Assembly (NCBI GenBank): GCA_012295275.1
Contig: CM022670.1
Span: 18,848,001 to 18,912,000, forward strand
DNA: 64,000 bases
Origin: Chrysomallon squamiferum
Lineage: Eukaryota > Animalia > Mollusca
Direction: 5' to 3'
The translations under genes were made by a program, and so were the position numbers. Below the pieces are notes generated by a model. The model ran no database searches. It saw nothing but the letters and a program-made list of their open reading frames with translations, and was not told the DNA's origin. This document shows positions 40,501 to 54,084 of this stretch, one piece after another (the stretch's first letter is position 1; each line of letters starts with the position of its first letter).

Positions 40501-43500
40501 AATACTTCATCCGAAAAAAGAAAAATATGACAGAATTTTTAAGAGAGAAGGTAAATTGTTGGCCTTTTTATTTTGGGGAAGTGGGCAAGTTGAGCTCAAT
40601 TGATTTATTCCAGAGCGAAAGAATAAAAATGTAAATTTTAACAATTTAGTGAAATGTACATGAAGTAAAATGAGTGACCTGAAATTACACTTTTACTGCA
40701 GTTTTTGTTATTATCCTAGTTTGCTATTATGTGACATCAGTAGTTTTTAATTAGTTATTATATTTTAGTTAGTATCTTTTTTCTTTAAAAATATAATATC
40801 ATATTTATAATAGTGGAACAAACCTGATAAAAGGTGATTTATTTTATTAGATCACAGGTATTTTAGTGTTTTGTATGTAAGATTTGTTTGTAAATTAATG
40901 CTAATTTTATCTGATATATTTTAAGCGTTACTAATTGGTGATGCCTACAGATTCTGTAATAACTAGATTTTAATTTTTTCAGCTTCAAGCACTGAAAGGA
41001 TCCAAAATACATTTAGAAGAACATATCAGCAATAACAAGGTAAATATTTTTGCTATTTGTTTTAGGGATTTTTATTATTTCTTTGTATTTTCTTCAAATA
41101 ACTTAACACAACTGGAAGTAATGTTAACCTAAAATGAAACTTGATTATTCTGAAAACCAAGACTAATCTAATACATATTATTTCAATTTGAAGAAGTTCT
41201 TAAGTAAAGTGGTACCACATCTAACTTTGAATGTTCAATGAAATATTTTCACATTTTGTTATTTCTGTGTTAAGTCATGCAGTTAGTTCTTATTGAAAAC
41301 TGGTGGTAATTTTGTTTTAAAATTAATCTTTCAGAGTCAAATGAGTGCAAGTGATCGGAAAAACTATGAAAAACGACTCAAGGATTACAAATACGAAATA
41401 AAGTAAAAACCACTTTTTAAATACTTTTTTAAATACTAAAGATATTTCAACATTCTCTTTCCTTTTAAACTTTAAAATGGACATACAATCAAACCATGTA
41501 TTTCACATCCAACAAAATATTGTATTTGTTAAAAATGTAAATTACTTTTTAAATATTACTGTAAATCTTTTAACAAACATATTATAAGATTTACAGTAAT
41601 ATCTTGCTTAACGATATCCCGCTTTAACGATATTTTTTTACAAATTATGTAAATAGAAATTTAATAGTTAATTGCTCGAAATAAATGGTACAAATGGGTC
41701 CAATGCATGTGTTTAAGTCAGTTTTTCATTTGTATTTTGTTTGTTTTTTGTTCAGTCACATGCTAAAGCTTCCCTCATCTGTGATCAGTTTACATGCAGA
41801 CATTATACATGCATGTGGTGTTCAGATTCTCTCTTATCTTCTGCTTCCATTTAGACTTAACACCTTTGTCATTTATCCTTCCAGTATGTCAAAACAAATA
41901 CAGAGCAGTGAATGCTGATGATAAAAAGAAACAGACGCGAATAACTTCAGAAACAAAAAACAATATCTTAAATGAACACAAAACTGGTAAATCCATTAAA
42001 GACTTAGCTGCAAAATTTTGTTTGTGTCAGTCAACTGTACTGACGATTTTAAAGGATAAAGAAAAATATTTGAATGAGATTAAAAGAACTCACTCCTTGC
42101 ATTCTATGAGGGTACAAAACAAAGAAGGAAAAACTTTTGTCAGTATGTTAAATGATCAAATGCAATTATTAAATATGCCTGTGACTCAAACTGTCATATG
42201 TGCTAAAGCAGTACATATAAATTAGTCTCCCGTTTAACAATGCCTCACTTAATGATTGGAAATTTGGAAACAATTATATCGTTAAACCAAGGTATTATTG
42301 TATTTAGTCTACAGAAAAACAGAACTGAGCATTTTAGCTTCTGTTTGAATTTATTTTTATAAATAAAGAAGAATATGTAAGTTTTATTTTCTATACCTAC
42401 TCTGTTTACAGAATTAAAAAAATCATTAATAATACAACAACATTACAAAGAAAAGGAATAAAGTGTTTAGTCTAAATGTTTACTTTATCTTGTTCGTTTC
42501 ATGTAACTGCTGTACAAACAAAAGATAAAAAGCAATACAAGTATTAATTCAGTTTCAACAGGGAGAGTACATATTTGTAATTGGCATGTTTTTTCCATGG
42601 GTCATACAGAGAAGTGGGTTTTTTTCTTCAGTATTTACAAAAAATTCATAGTTTTGTACTATATTAATAAAGTTACCAAAAATAAAATAGTTCTTGATAG
42701 CCTGTGTTTTCCTATCAGCTGTTTTCTTAATCATAATGCTTGGAGTGGGATTGAGGGAAAGAGAAAGAAAATGAAACAGAGGTAGCAACAACAGTGGACA
42801 AAGCGTGAGAGCTGCTAAAGCTGTTGTTTTGTATTTGCAGACAAACACGACTGATGCGTGATAGAGAAGAAGAAATAGACAGAACTCTGCTGAAAAACAA
42901 TATCCACACTTGGAAAGAACTAAAAGCTCAGAGAGAAGAGCAGGGTTATACCAACACTTCATTAAAACTGAACATCACAAGGTAATAACAAAGAAATTAA
43001 ACTGATTTTCTAAATATTTAAAATAGCCACAGTATACAAATTAATATTATTCTCTATGACTCAGAAAAAAAAAAATTGATTTTATGTTCATTATATTTTT
43101 TTTTTTCTCCAAAATTAGAACTTTAAGGGAATAAATTTGATCATAAGGATTTTCTGTACATGGAAGATAATGACACTTTAATGAATGAAGCCTGAAATAA
43201 TGTGTTTTACTGAAAATAATGCCGAAATGACATATCAACATGCTTTTAAAAAACATTTATATAAATATGAATTAAAAATGTATAAGATAAGTATCTTTAC
43301 AAAGTTGTGTTATTAAATGGTGATTTATTTTATTTTATTATTTTGTTTTTTTTCTGCAGTGAAGAATCAAACAAAGTTGAAGATCAAGTTTGGTGGAAGA
43401 ATGAAATGGAAGAGGAGCTGTCTGAACTGAGGGAGGAATTTGAAGAAGAATACAAACGCAGATTAGCTATTTACAGTGAACAAATGCAGGCATTGGAAAA

Positions 43501-43963
43501 CCAGAAACAACAAAAGGTTGGTTTACTGATTAAAAGTTTAAACTTCATTTTGTAAATAACACACTGAGGCTGTAGCTCTTTCATAAAACACAAGACTGAA
43601 GTGTAGAGAGGTGCAGATTCAAGTTTTGTTATTTGTTTCTGTTAGTCCTTAAACAGAATGTAAGTAAGTAAAGTATGTGCTTTTTCTACTTTTTGAAACA
43701 TTCTTGCTGATAATTGATGAGATTGTCAAATAATTAAAGAACCATATTTTCTTTCCCAAATGAATTATTAAACTTCATAGAAATCCATTAAAATAGAAAC
43801 ATAATGAGGTGTTATTTACAGTTATGTCAGAGTGTTTAAGATGAACACTAGGATTTTTACTTAAAATACTCACAGTACTGAACCACCCAAGTGTGTCACA
43901 TTCTGCTGAAAACTAACTTAGTGCCCAAACAATCCTTTAGCAGCCATCCTCTTACAAGTGGAC

Positions 43964-44024
<61 letters not shown>

Positions 44025-47000
44025 TATAGATATGTTTAAATCTGTTATTTTATGTAAATATCACTAAGTCAATAAAAATAATAACTTTCTATATTGATTT
44101 ATTTATGTTAGGAAGAAGCAAAAAAGAAGTTGAAAAAGTCCCAGAAAGGTTCCCGAGTATCTGTTGCATCAAAGACATCAAATGATCTGAATGAGGTACA
44201 TAGCTTAATTTCAGACTTGTTAAAAGAAATATAGCCTTAGCAGAATGCAGATTTATTAAAATAAAATAAATGTATTTGTTTTGTTTTATATTTTATATTT
44301 CATTTTATTTGTTTCCCATTCTGCTTATAAGTAACATAATAATTTAATAATTAATTTTTTATTTTTTATATATAGCAATAAAGTCAACAAATTGCTCATT
44401 GTGTTAAATATTTGCTACCCATTCATATGCTTATATAAATTTAGTGTTTGGAAAATAATTTTTATTTATCAAACATAATGAATAGAAAATAAATTATGTG
44501 TTTCTTTATCTACAGACATTTCATCATCTAATTGACTTGTACAGAAATTACAGCATGTTTTTTTTTTCCATTACTTTCAGCCATATTCACAATATTTTAA
44601 TATATTCTGCTCATATGTGTGTTAATTCTTTGAGCATATATGTATGTAATGTATGTGTATGTATGCATGTAAAGATATATATATATATATATACATTCAT
44701 GTACTTAGTTCATCAGCAATTCTTAAAGATTTCAAGATGTTAATATAGCTTTTTTTTGTTGTTGAAAAAATTAAAAAGGAAACTAAATTTCTGTTTTGTT
44801 CACTGTTGTTCTTCAGGAGGAAAGGAATGCATTGCAGGAGATAATTGATGCTCCTGATTTGCCAGAACCAGAACCCCCAGAACATTTTGATGAGAACATA
44901 GTGAGAGAAGAAATTAAGAAAAAAGCACTAAAGATCCGAAGAAGACCTGGTTAATATTTAAGATGTTTTGTGTAGTGTATTTTATAATTATGTAGTATTT
45001 TCGTCTCTTACATTTTGTAGAAGTCTGAAAAAAAAATCTGTATGTTTTTGGTGAAATAATATTTATGGTTTAACTGGCGATAAATGTAAACAAATATCAA
45101 AGTGATGTTTTTATTATATAAATATAGGTAATATTATTATATATATTGTGTCAAGAATTATTTAGATTATAAATTTAAAATGTTTTCATTTTTACTGAAT
45201 ATTTAGTAATAATAATAATAACAATAACAGCAACAACAACAACAGTTAAAAAAATATTATTAAAATTATTATTATTATTATTATTATTCAGGTGAACCAA
45301 AACTTCTATTGGTTTTAACTAACAGTGCTGTGGTCACACCTACCAACCAGTGTCCAGTGTAAGTGATTATATTTTTCTTATTACGCATAATTATATTTTT
45401 TGCTGGGAGGGAATGTCTTGTTTTTTATTTTTTATTTTGATATATACACAGTAGGTATAATACAACCATATTTTTTTTAACATGAAGCAAAGTTTTGGGA
45501 TGGTCAGAAATGACCAGATTCAGATTTCAAGAGCTGTTTTTTACCAGTTTAAAAAACAGTTGTGATAAAATTTAAGAAAAAACAAAATTGAATTCATTTT
45601 ATAAAGGACATGTAAGGTCTACTTTCTGTTCATTTTATACAAGTTTACAGCTGGAAATAAATATTTAAAATTTTGTACAGTCAACATTATTTTTATGTTG
45701 TATGTGTATGTACAAATACAAATGATTAGCTTTTAATTTATTATCACCATTTCTGCCTCTTTTTCATTTTCTTATTACATTACTTCATCATCATCATTAT
45801 CATTAAAATTATTCATTGCAGAAAAGTAAAATATCTTTACCTGATATTTAATTTATTATTTCTTTTTTATTTAACTGAAATAATTTTTTTTTACATTTTT
45901 GCCTGATTTAATATTTTTCAGAAGAGAACAACAACGTCGAGATGATGTGTCTCACACAAAACTTTTTGTTAAAGTATTTTTCAACAATAAACAAGTTTGT
46001 CAGACCAACTCAAAGTAAGATAATGTTCTGTGTGTCTGTGAACATTGTAATCTACATTTACAAATTTATTAAAATATTGTCAGTAAAACTATGCTCTATA
46101 ATAAGATTGTGTGTGTGTGTAAGAAAGAGAAAGATGAGTTTCTGTGGGTTAAATATTAAAATGATTATGATTCATTGTCTGATGCAGTTTTATGATTTTA
46201 ACTGTACTTTACCAAATGTGTTGCATTATTATGAGCCACAGATTTTATGTTAGTATTTGTGTACTATATTTTAATTAAAATCTTTAAATATGTGTTTATT
46301 GACAGGAAAAGAATGAAAATTGACCTTGCTTGTAAACTTCCTAATATTTTATAGACTTACCCATTTCAGATTTTAAAGTAAAGTATATTGGGATGTTTAT
46401 TAATAAAATTTAAAAAAAGTCTTAGGAGGTGTATATCTTTAAAGAAAGAAATTTAAAATTAGTAGTTTGTTTATTTTATCAATGCAGCTGAATTGTTTTA
46501 TAAGAAACTTACCAAACAAATCGAACTACTTTTTAAATGTATATAAAAGATGAAAAATTAAGTTACCATATTTATAAATCATTTATCTTGCAGGCCTTTG
46601 TCACAGGATTTTACTGTCAACTTTGGGTACATTTACAACTTGAAAATTGTTCAATGGCCAGAAAGCATTAAGTATGAGGTAACATCCATGATATAGATAT
46701 TATTGTTTATACACTAGCTAATAAGACCAGAATAATAAGATTAACAGCAACATTAGGACAAAATAAAAAATATAATATTTTTGTTTTTCTTTACCAAGTT
46801 TCGTTAATCCAAAAGTTAATATGTCTTAAGGAATGTTTGTTTTGGATTTTATTTTTTTAACTGGTATAAACAAAAATAAATAAATAAATAAATTTTTTGA
46901 AGTAATACTAAGCTAGATGACTCATTTAAAAACATTAAAATAATCTATAAATTTCTAATATTAACTAAATATCTTGATTCTGAATGAAAAATCACTTTGC

Positions 47001-50000
47001 TTTTAAAACAGTTTATTATTTATGTTATTATTGTTGTTTTGGGGTTGTTGTTCTTTTTCTCTGCTTGTTGTATTAATGAAAGTTATTTATTTATTACCAA
47101 ACCATTTAATTTGAATTATTTATTTATTTAATTTATATCTTATATATTTATAGATTCAGAAAATTTATTAATAATTTATTTTTTATTTACAAATTAATGA
47201 AATTTATTTATTTCTTATTGTTTATTTACAGATTCATGAAAGTCATGGGTTGAGTAGTGTTTTACTGACAAGACTTTATGCAGGAATTCCAGAATCATCA
47301 ATCACAGCACAGAATGTACAGCTTGACGAATTCGAGTTCAGCTCTGAATATACAATACAGTTTAATCATGAAGCAGTTGGAAGTGGTATGATTTTTGTTT
47401 GTTTGTTTATTTATTTATTTATTTATTTATTTATTTTTTATATATATTTTTATTATTATTTATTTATTTATCTGTTTTTGTGTATTCTTTGTGGTTTTTT
47501 TTTTAAATTTATGTTATGATTAATTTATTTATCTTCTTTTTTTAATTTTTTTTTAAAATAATGATTTATTTATCGACATTTTTATTACACAGCAGTTATT
47601 ATTATAGAGAAATGCATACCCTCATTTTTTTCTACATTTTTTTTTTTCTTTAAATGTTGACAGTGATGGTGAATTTTGGGGTTGGGGTTAATACCAGAAT
47701 TTTTTGTTTTGTTTTTGTTTTTCATTTAATTATAAACAAAGAGATTGGGAATGTTCTGTTCAGATTAATTTATCATTATATGTGAGTTTTAATAATATTA
47801 ATTTTAATTAAATGTTTTCTGCTGACTGTTGTATATGATGAATGATCCATCACCACGTCAGTATTGCTTCATGAACCATTAAAATAATTGTTTTTGTTTT
47901 GTTATTTTATTACTGTTAGTAATATATATATATATATATATATATAAAGATATATTTTTAAAATTATTATTATTTATTTATTTCATTATTTTTTTAACTT
48001 TTTTGCTGTAAAGCTGTTTAAAAATGTTGAATAAATTATATAAAACATGCTGTAATTTATCTTAATTGCAGGTGTTCCTTTCACCTTTAAGACTCCCCAG
48101 AGTCCCATCATAATTCTTATGACAACAGGAAGATTGCGTAGTAGTGTAGCTTGGGGAATTGATGAAAACGGTCTACCACTCATTCCACCTGCAACAAATC
48201 TCACAACAAATAATATATTCAAGTACATTTTTATTACTAACTTTCAGTAAAAGAGTAGTTTAATCAAAAGTAGTTAACTGAATATATAACTTACAAGTTG
48301 AACCGATATCTCATGTTGATAGTTAATAATATTATCCATTCTTTTTAAGTAATAATATGTTAAAAAAATATATCATTTTTTTTTTTTCATTGTTGTATTT
48401 TTTTTTCATTTTGGGGGTTTTTATTATTATTTTTACTGAATTTTAATTTTTTTTTTTTTTATTTATTCATTATTTTTTGCAGTTAATTTTTTTTTGTTTT
48501 ATGTGCAGACCATTTAACTATTTATTACAGTGATAAACTGAGATGATTTGAGTTTGTTTATTATAAACATGTTATTTAATTATTATTAAATTATACAAAC
48601 TATCACAATTTGACTGTTTATATGACAAAATAGTATTTTTAAATATACATTCTTGTCAAAATAATTTTTCCATGAAATAATTCAGATATAACGTTTTTCC
48701 TGAAACAAGCATGGTGATGACTGTTTAAAATACATTTTATGTTTTATTTTTCAACTTAGTGCAATGAAACTCAATGATCCAGTATCTGCAATTGGTACTT
48801 CAGGAGTAATGAATCTAGAGCGGCTGGCTAAATGGTTTGAACAAGCACGTCTTGATCCAAATGACCCAGCCAATGCTGATTTTGTGTACCTGTTGGGTGT
48901 AAGTTAATATAAGAAAAAAAAATTGAAACCTTAAAAATTATAATAACTTACTGAAATATTAAGAATAGTGAATATTACAATTTTCAGGACTGAAACTTAA
49001 TACTAATAATCTTGGATGTTAATAATTAAACTTGTTATATAGGACAGTTGCTGTTTTAAAAACAAATATATTCATATGTGTATGTGTGTGTATATGTGTA
49101 CATCCATAAATACACACATGTATACAAGCATATACATCTATAGGGTCGTTCCATGTCAAATCACCCCCCCCCCCAAAACAAAATTAAACCCAACCATCTC
49201 AGAGTTTTATGAAACTTGGTATATTTGTTGACTGGGACAGCACCAAATCTGAAATATTAGCCCAATCGGATCTTCGTAAAATTGGTATTGTTGAAAAGGC
49301 AATATGACAAGGATTCCAAATCTATAGGCCTACATGTAGGCCTACAATGTCTTACTCGATGATCAAGAAAGATGGTGATTCCTAGCATCCAGAATTGATC
49401 ATTCAGGTTTTAGTTAATCAGATGTTAATGGCTGAAAAGGTGTTATTTTCATGCATGTGCATTTTTTAAATCTATATTGTGGCTAATCAAAAAATATTAC
49501 ACCCAGGAAACTTTTATATGTTTTAGTTAACATGTGGGAGATTAAATTTCAATAAAGGTCATCTCAAGGTCACGTGATCCACATGGTCAATTTCAAGGTC
49601 ATAGCAAACGTCAAAAGGTCAATCTACTCCAATAATGGAAGATTTGGAACAAAAATTGCAGATTTGGAATCCTTGTCATATTGCCTTTTCAACAATACCA
49701 ATTTTATGAAGATTGGCCCAGTAGTTCCTGACATATGAGGGTTCTAAGGTTGGTGGTCATGCCCATTTTTGCCAAAAATCTCAAAATTCGGTGGGCCATA
49801 TCTCCCACACCACTGATCCGATTGGACAAATATTTCAGATTTGGTGCTGTGGGATCCCAGTCAACAAGTATACCAAGTTTTATAAAAATCTGAGACAGTC
49901 GGGTTTAACCCATTGGGTGATTTGACATGGAATGACCCTATAAGAATATATAAAAATGCAGATGTCTGTATTTTATTTCAGTCAAAAGGAGGAGAAAGTC

Positions 50001-53000
50001 TTGGTCCCCGAGACTTCTTCCGACTGGAACAGCTGATAGAAGAATTCAACATAGCAACTGAGAAGGAGATAGCAGAAAATAAACGTTTCCGCTTGATTCA
50101 GTTGAGAGACTCTGAAGTTCCAGAGTTTCAGAACTACAAGTTTATCCCACCTTTTGAAAGAGAAATTCCCAGAGATGCATTCCTTGTTAGCAATAAAATT
50201 TGTTCTCATTTATCTCACTCAAACTCTCACTCTATCTCTTGCTCTCAATATCAGTGGCTCATTCTGTGTATCCTGCTCTCAAAATATATCTCTCTCCCTA
50301 TCTACCTCTCATTCTATTTATATCTGTTTCACTATTTGCTACAGGAAAAAATTTGTGAAATATAAATATGGAAGATATTTATATTTCACAAATTTTTTCC
50401 TGTAGAAAATAATATATTTATTTATGGTTTCATTGTTGTATCATTTTATATAATGTATGGATAAAATAAGATACATTCTTTTCCAAATAATAGCATTTAA
50501 TTAGATGATATTTCTGACATCGTTTAGTGGAAGGGGATTGTTTTTGTAACCTTCCATGTCAAGTTTTCTTTTTATATATGTTTGTCTGTCCTTTGTTGGT
50601 AAAATCAAGACTTGGTCTCTTGGTTATGAAATTTGTTATCAGGAGCTCTGTGTAGATTAGAAAATATAGTAATATTTTTATTTTGGTGATGAAATCAGAT
50701 TTTTATATCATACAGTTTTTCACTGAGTTAATCACTGTAAGGAATTCGAAGATATATTACTCAGCCACATTTAAAATCTGCAAACTAAATAATTTGAAAT
50801 TTCATATGTTCAGTTTCAATCTGTATGTTTAGTGACAGTGAATAAGAATTTATTTAAAGTTTTAATTATGTTTTTTAATCCATGTAGTTTCTAAGATAAC
50901 ACCTTCCTAATATGCTGTTAACGTCTTTTTTCTCTATGAATGACTACATACAATATATATATTTATACTGAAACTGAATTGCAAAAATGCTGAATTTTTT
51001 TATATGTGGATGAAAGTCACTCTAATATTTTTTTTTTTTTTTTTTTTGGTTAGACATCAAACTCAAATTATATATACAAAAATGATTCAATTGGTGTTTT
51101 AATGATAATAAAAAATAGTTTATTTTTTATTTATTAAATACTCATATTACCAGGAAAGATCTTTGCCGTTCTCAGTAATTAAATTAATGTTCGGAAATTT
51201 CCGTATTTACACTGGGTTTTATTCGCATGCAAAGTTGTATTTTAAAAGCGTAACAGGAGAGCGGCATCAGTCTCAAAATATAGTTCATATTGACAATGCA
51301 TATTTTCTTCTTCGCATTTAATTATTACAAAGTTGCCTTCTAATTTTAATAACTTAAATAAGAAAGGCATTTTAATATAAGCTCCGAAAATGGCTCATTT
51401 GTGGCATTATTTAATCAGCAAATATTGGCATCGTGTGTGTCGCGTCACTGTATTTTCGTTTGTGCAGAGTTGTCGCATTGAATTAATTTGATATTAACAG
51501 CGAAACATTAATTAATTCAAATATATTATCATATTGTAAAGGAGTGCCTGAAATCAGAAAAAAAAAAAAACAAAAAACATGCCGTAGTTTGTTTATGTAC
51601 CATGCATGTTTTCCAACTGTTTTTTTGTTGTGGAATGTTTTTTTTCCATATTTATAACTTAGATGGTCTGACTGGATAGATTTGTTCTTATCTCATGATC
51701 AGACAAATTGTATATATAAAAGTGCAATGGTACATATTAATTTAATTATTTATTTGTTTCTACCTTTATCATTTATTATTTAATTTATTTATTAATCTTA
51801 TCTTCTTTTTTTTTTTTTTTTTTTTAATCTAATGACATGACATTTGTGTTAAAGATTGGATAACAATTATATTGATACTCATTAATATTGTTATTGAATA
51901 TTTATTAAAAATTTTACAAAAATACAGTTTGATTTAATTATGAAAATTTATTTTATATTATTTTATTTTTTATTTTTGATATTAAATTTAAAATAGTTCT
52001 CATTAAAATATATATTTTTTATGTCAAGCTCAGTTTAATCTAGAGGAAACAAATTTAAATGCATAATGCAGTTTTTTCTTTTAATAGAATATTATCATTA
52101 CTGTTATTGTTATTTTATTTTTAGGAGTATGAAAAGAGACAAAGAGAGAGAGAAGTGATCAAGTCTGATAGTAATATAGAAATTCGTCATGCTGTAGCTC
52201 AAAAAAATATGCAGAAGGTACATAAGAAATTTCACCTTTAACTTTTATTTGAAAAGTTTAGTTTGATTATCACATAAATAGTTATTACAGTTAACTGAAG
52301 CACAGCCAAAATCTTTTGCAATCATTTTTTTTTTTTTTTTAAAGTGATAATTTCTTATATTAATTAAGGTTTGTAGAGAACTATATTAAAGCTTAATTAT
52401 GGTTGTATATTTTTGTGGTAATTGATAGTAATACCTAATATGCCTAATGTTTTGAATTACAGTATGATTGTCTTTTTTCTTTAGTATAAAAGGTTAGTCA
52501 TGAGATAATTTCTTGTTTTAACAACAAATGGCTGTTAAAATTTATTATAGCTTAAATCATATTTGTATTTTAAACTACAAGCTAAGCATCTATAATCTGA
52601 TATTCCAAAATCAGGAATCCTTCAAAATTCAAAAACATTTTAGAGCAGCTATACATAGTATAGCTTAACTTTTGGCTGGTTCTGTGCTTGCATATGTTTG
52701 TTTCAAAATTATTAAGAATGTTGTACAGTTGTGTATAAGCTGCATATGAAACATAAATTAATTTTATGGTTACATTTTTGAAAGCCATGACAAGACATTC
52801 TAGACATTCTGGATCAGTGATACTCCACTTGTATTAAAATCCATCACTATATAAAAACTCTGGAAACTTTGTATAGCCCTTTCACTTTTTAAATAATTTT
52901 CTACATGTATGATGCAGGTCCGAGATAAGGTGATGCATCATTTGCGACAACAGGCTCATCAGAAAGTGTTTCAAGATGTTGTGAAAGAAGACACACTGCC

Positions 53001-54018
53001 TCCTTTTATGTATGCATTAATTTCCAAATACTTATATATACCATAAATTTATAAATTAATTTATTTGTATTTATTTAGTACACATCCTTTTTAGTATCCT
53101 GCTATCAGTAATAGTATATTTGTTTTATAGACTGTTTGATATTAAGTATCATTTGTTCTTTTCTCAGTATATATTTAATGGTGTTTGTTTTTTCGGTATG
53201 CTAGGCTTTACTGAAGTTGCCAAAACACATCTTTTAGATTATTATTTTTGGTGATAACTCTAATTAATAAAATATGAAAAGATAAAGAACTGTCATGTCT
53301 CTTCATAAGTTATAAAGCTTGGAAATATTATTTAAAATTCAGTTCAAAGAATCAGATATTTTGTTGTAAGTATATAGCATTGTATTCCAGAGATCTGGTA
53401 TCAGAATTAATGTTCATGACTGAGAAAAGACGACCTTTGAAACCAGCAAGAAAGAAGCTTGATCCTCGACCAATCATCAGAGGACCTCATGACCCACCTC
53501 CTTACATTCTTGTCAATATCATCAGAGCTTTTGATATTCCCATACGCAAGTCAGCACTAAGGTAAAACTTTATACAATCCCAAAATATTTATTTTAACAT
53601 TTTAGCCAGTTGTTTATTTACATTTTCCAATGGAGACTGTAGCATTAAAAAACATTTCACTATTATTATGTAATTTTAAAATTATCTTCTTGTATGTTAG
53701 TGAATATAATGCCTGTTTGGAAATGTCTTACCAGTTTATATGAACAGGACCTTCCATAGTACATGGTTTTGTCTCTTCTTTGTTGTAGTGAAGGAGGGGA
53801 AGGAGGTACAACATCTAGGAGAGATACAGTACCAAATATTTTAGCAACTGTAAGTTTATTTGCAATAACTTGACTTTTGAGAAAAGGTATTGACTGAAAA
53901 TACATTATGCAACCCCATTTATTAAACATCTTGGGTAAATGATCAAATAACTGATGTATTTTTCTTTTTATTATTTAAAATATTATTTAAAATATTATTA
54001 TTATTCTCTGTCTTTGTC

Positions 54019-54084
<66 letters not shown>

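Noticed and set aside
51150-51560. CpG-richer intronic segment, possible MITE
   Set aside because: No terminal inverted repeats or target duplication could be identified by eye.
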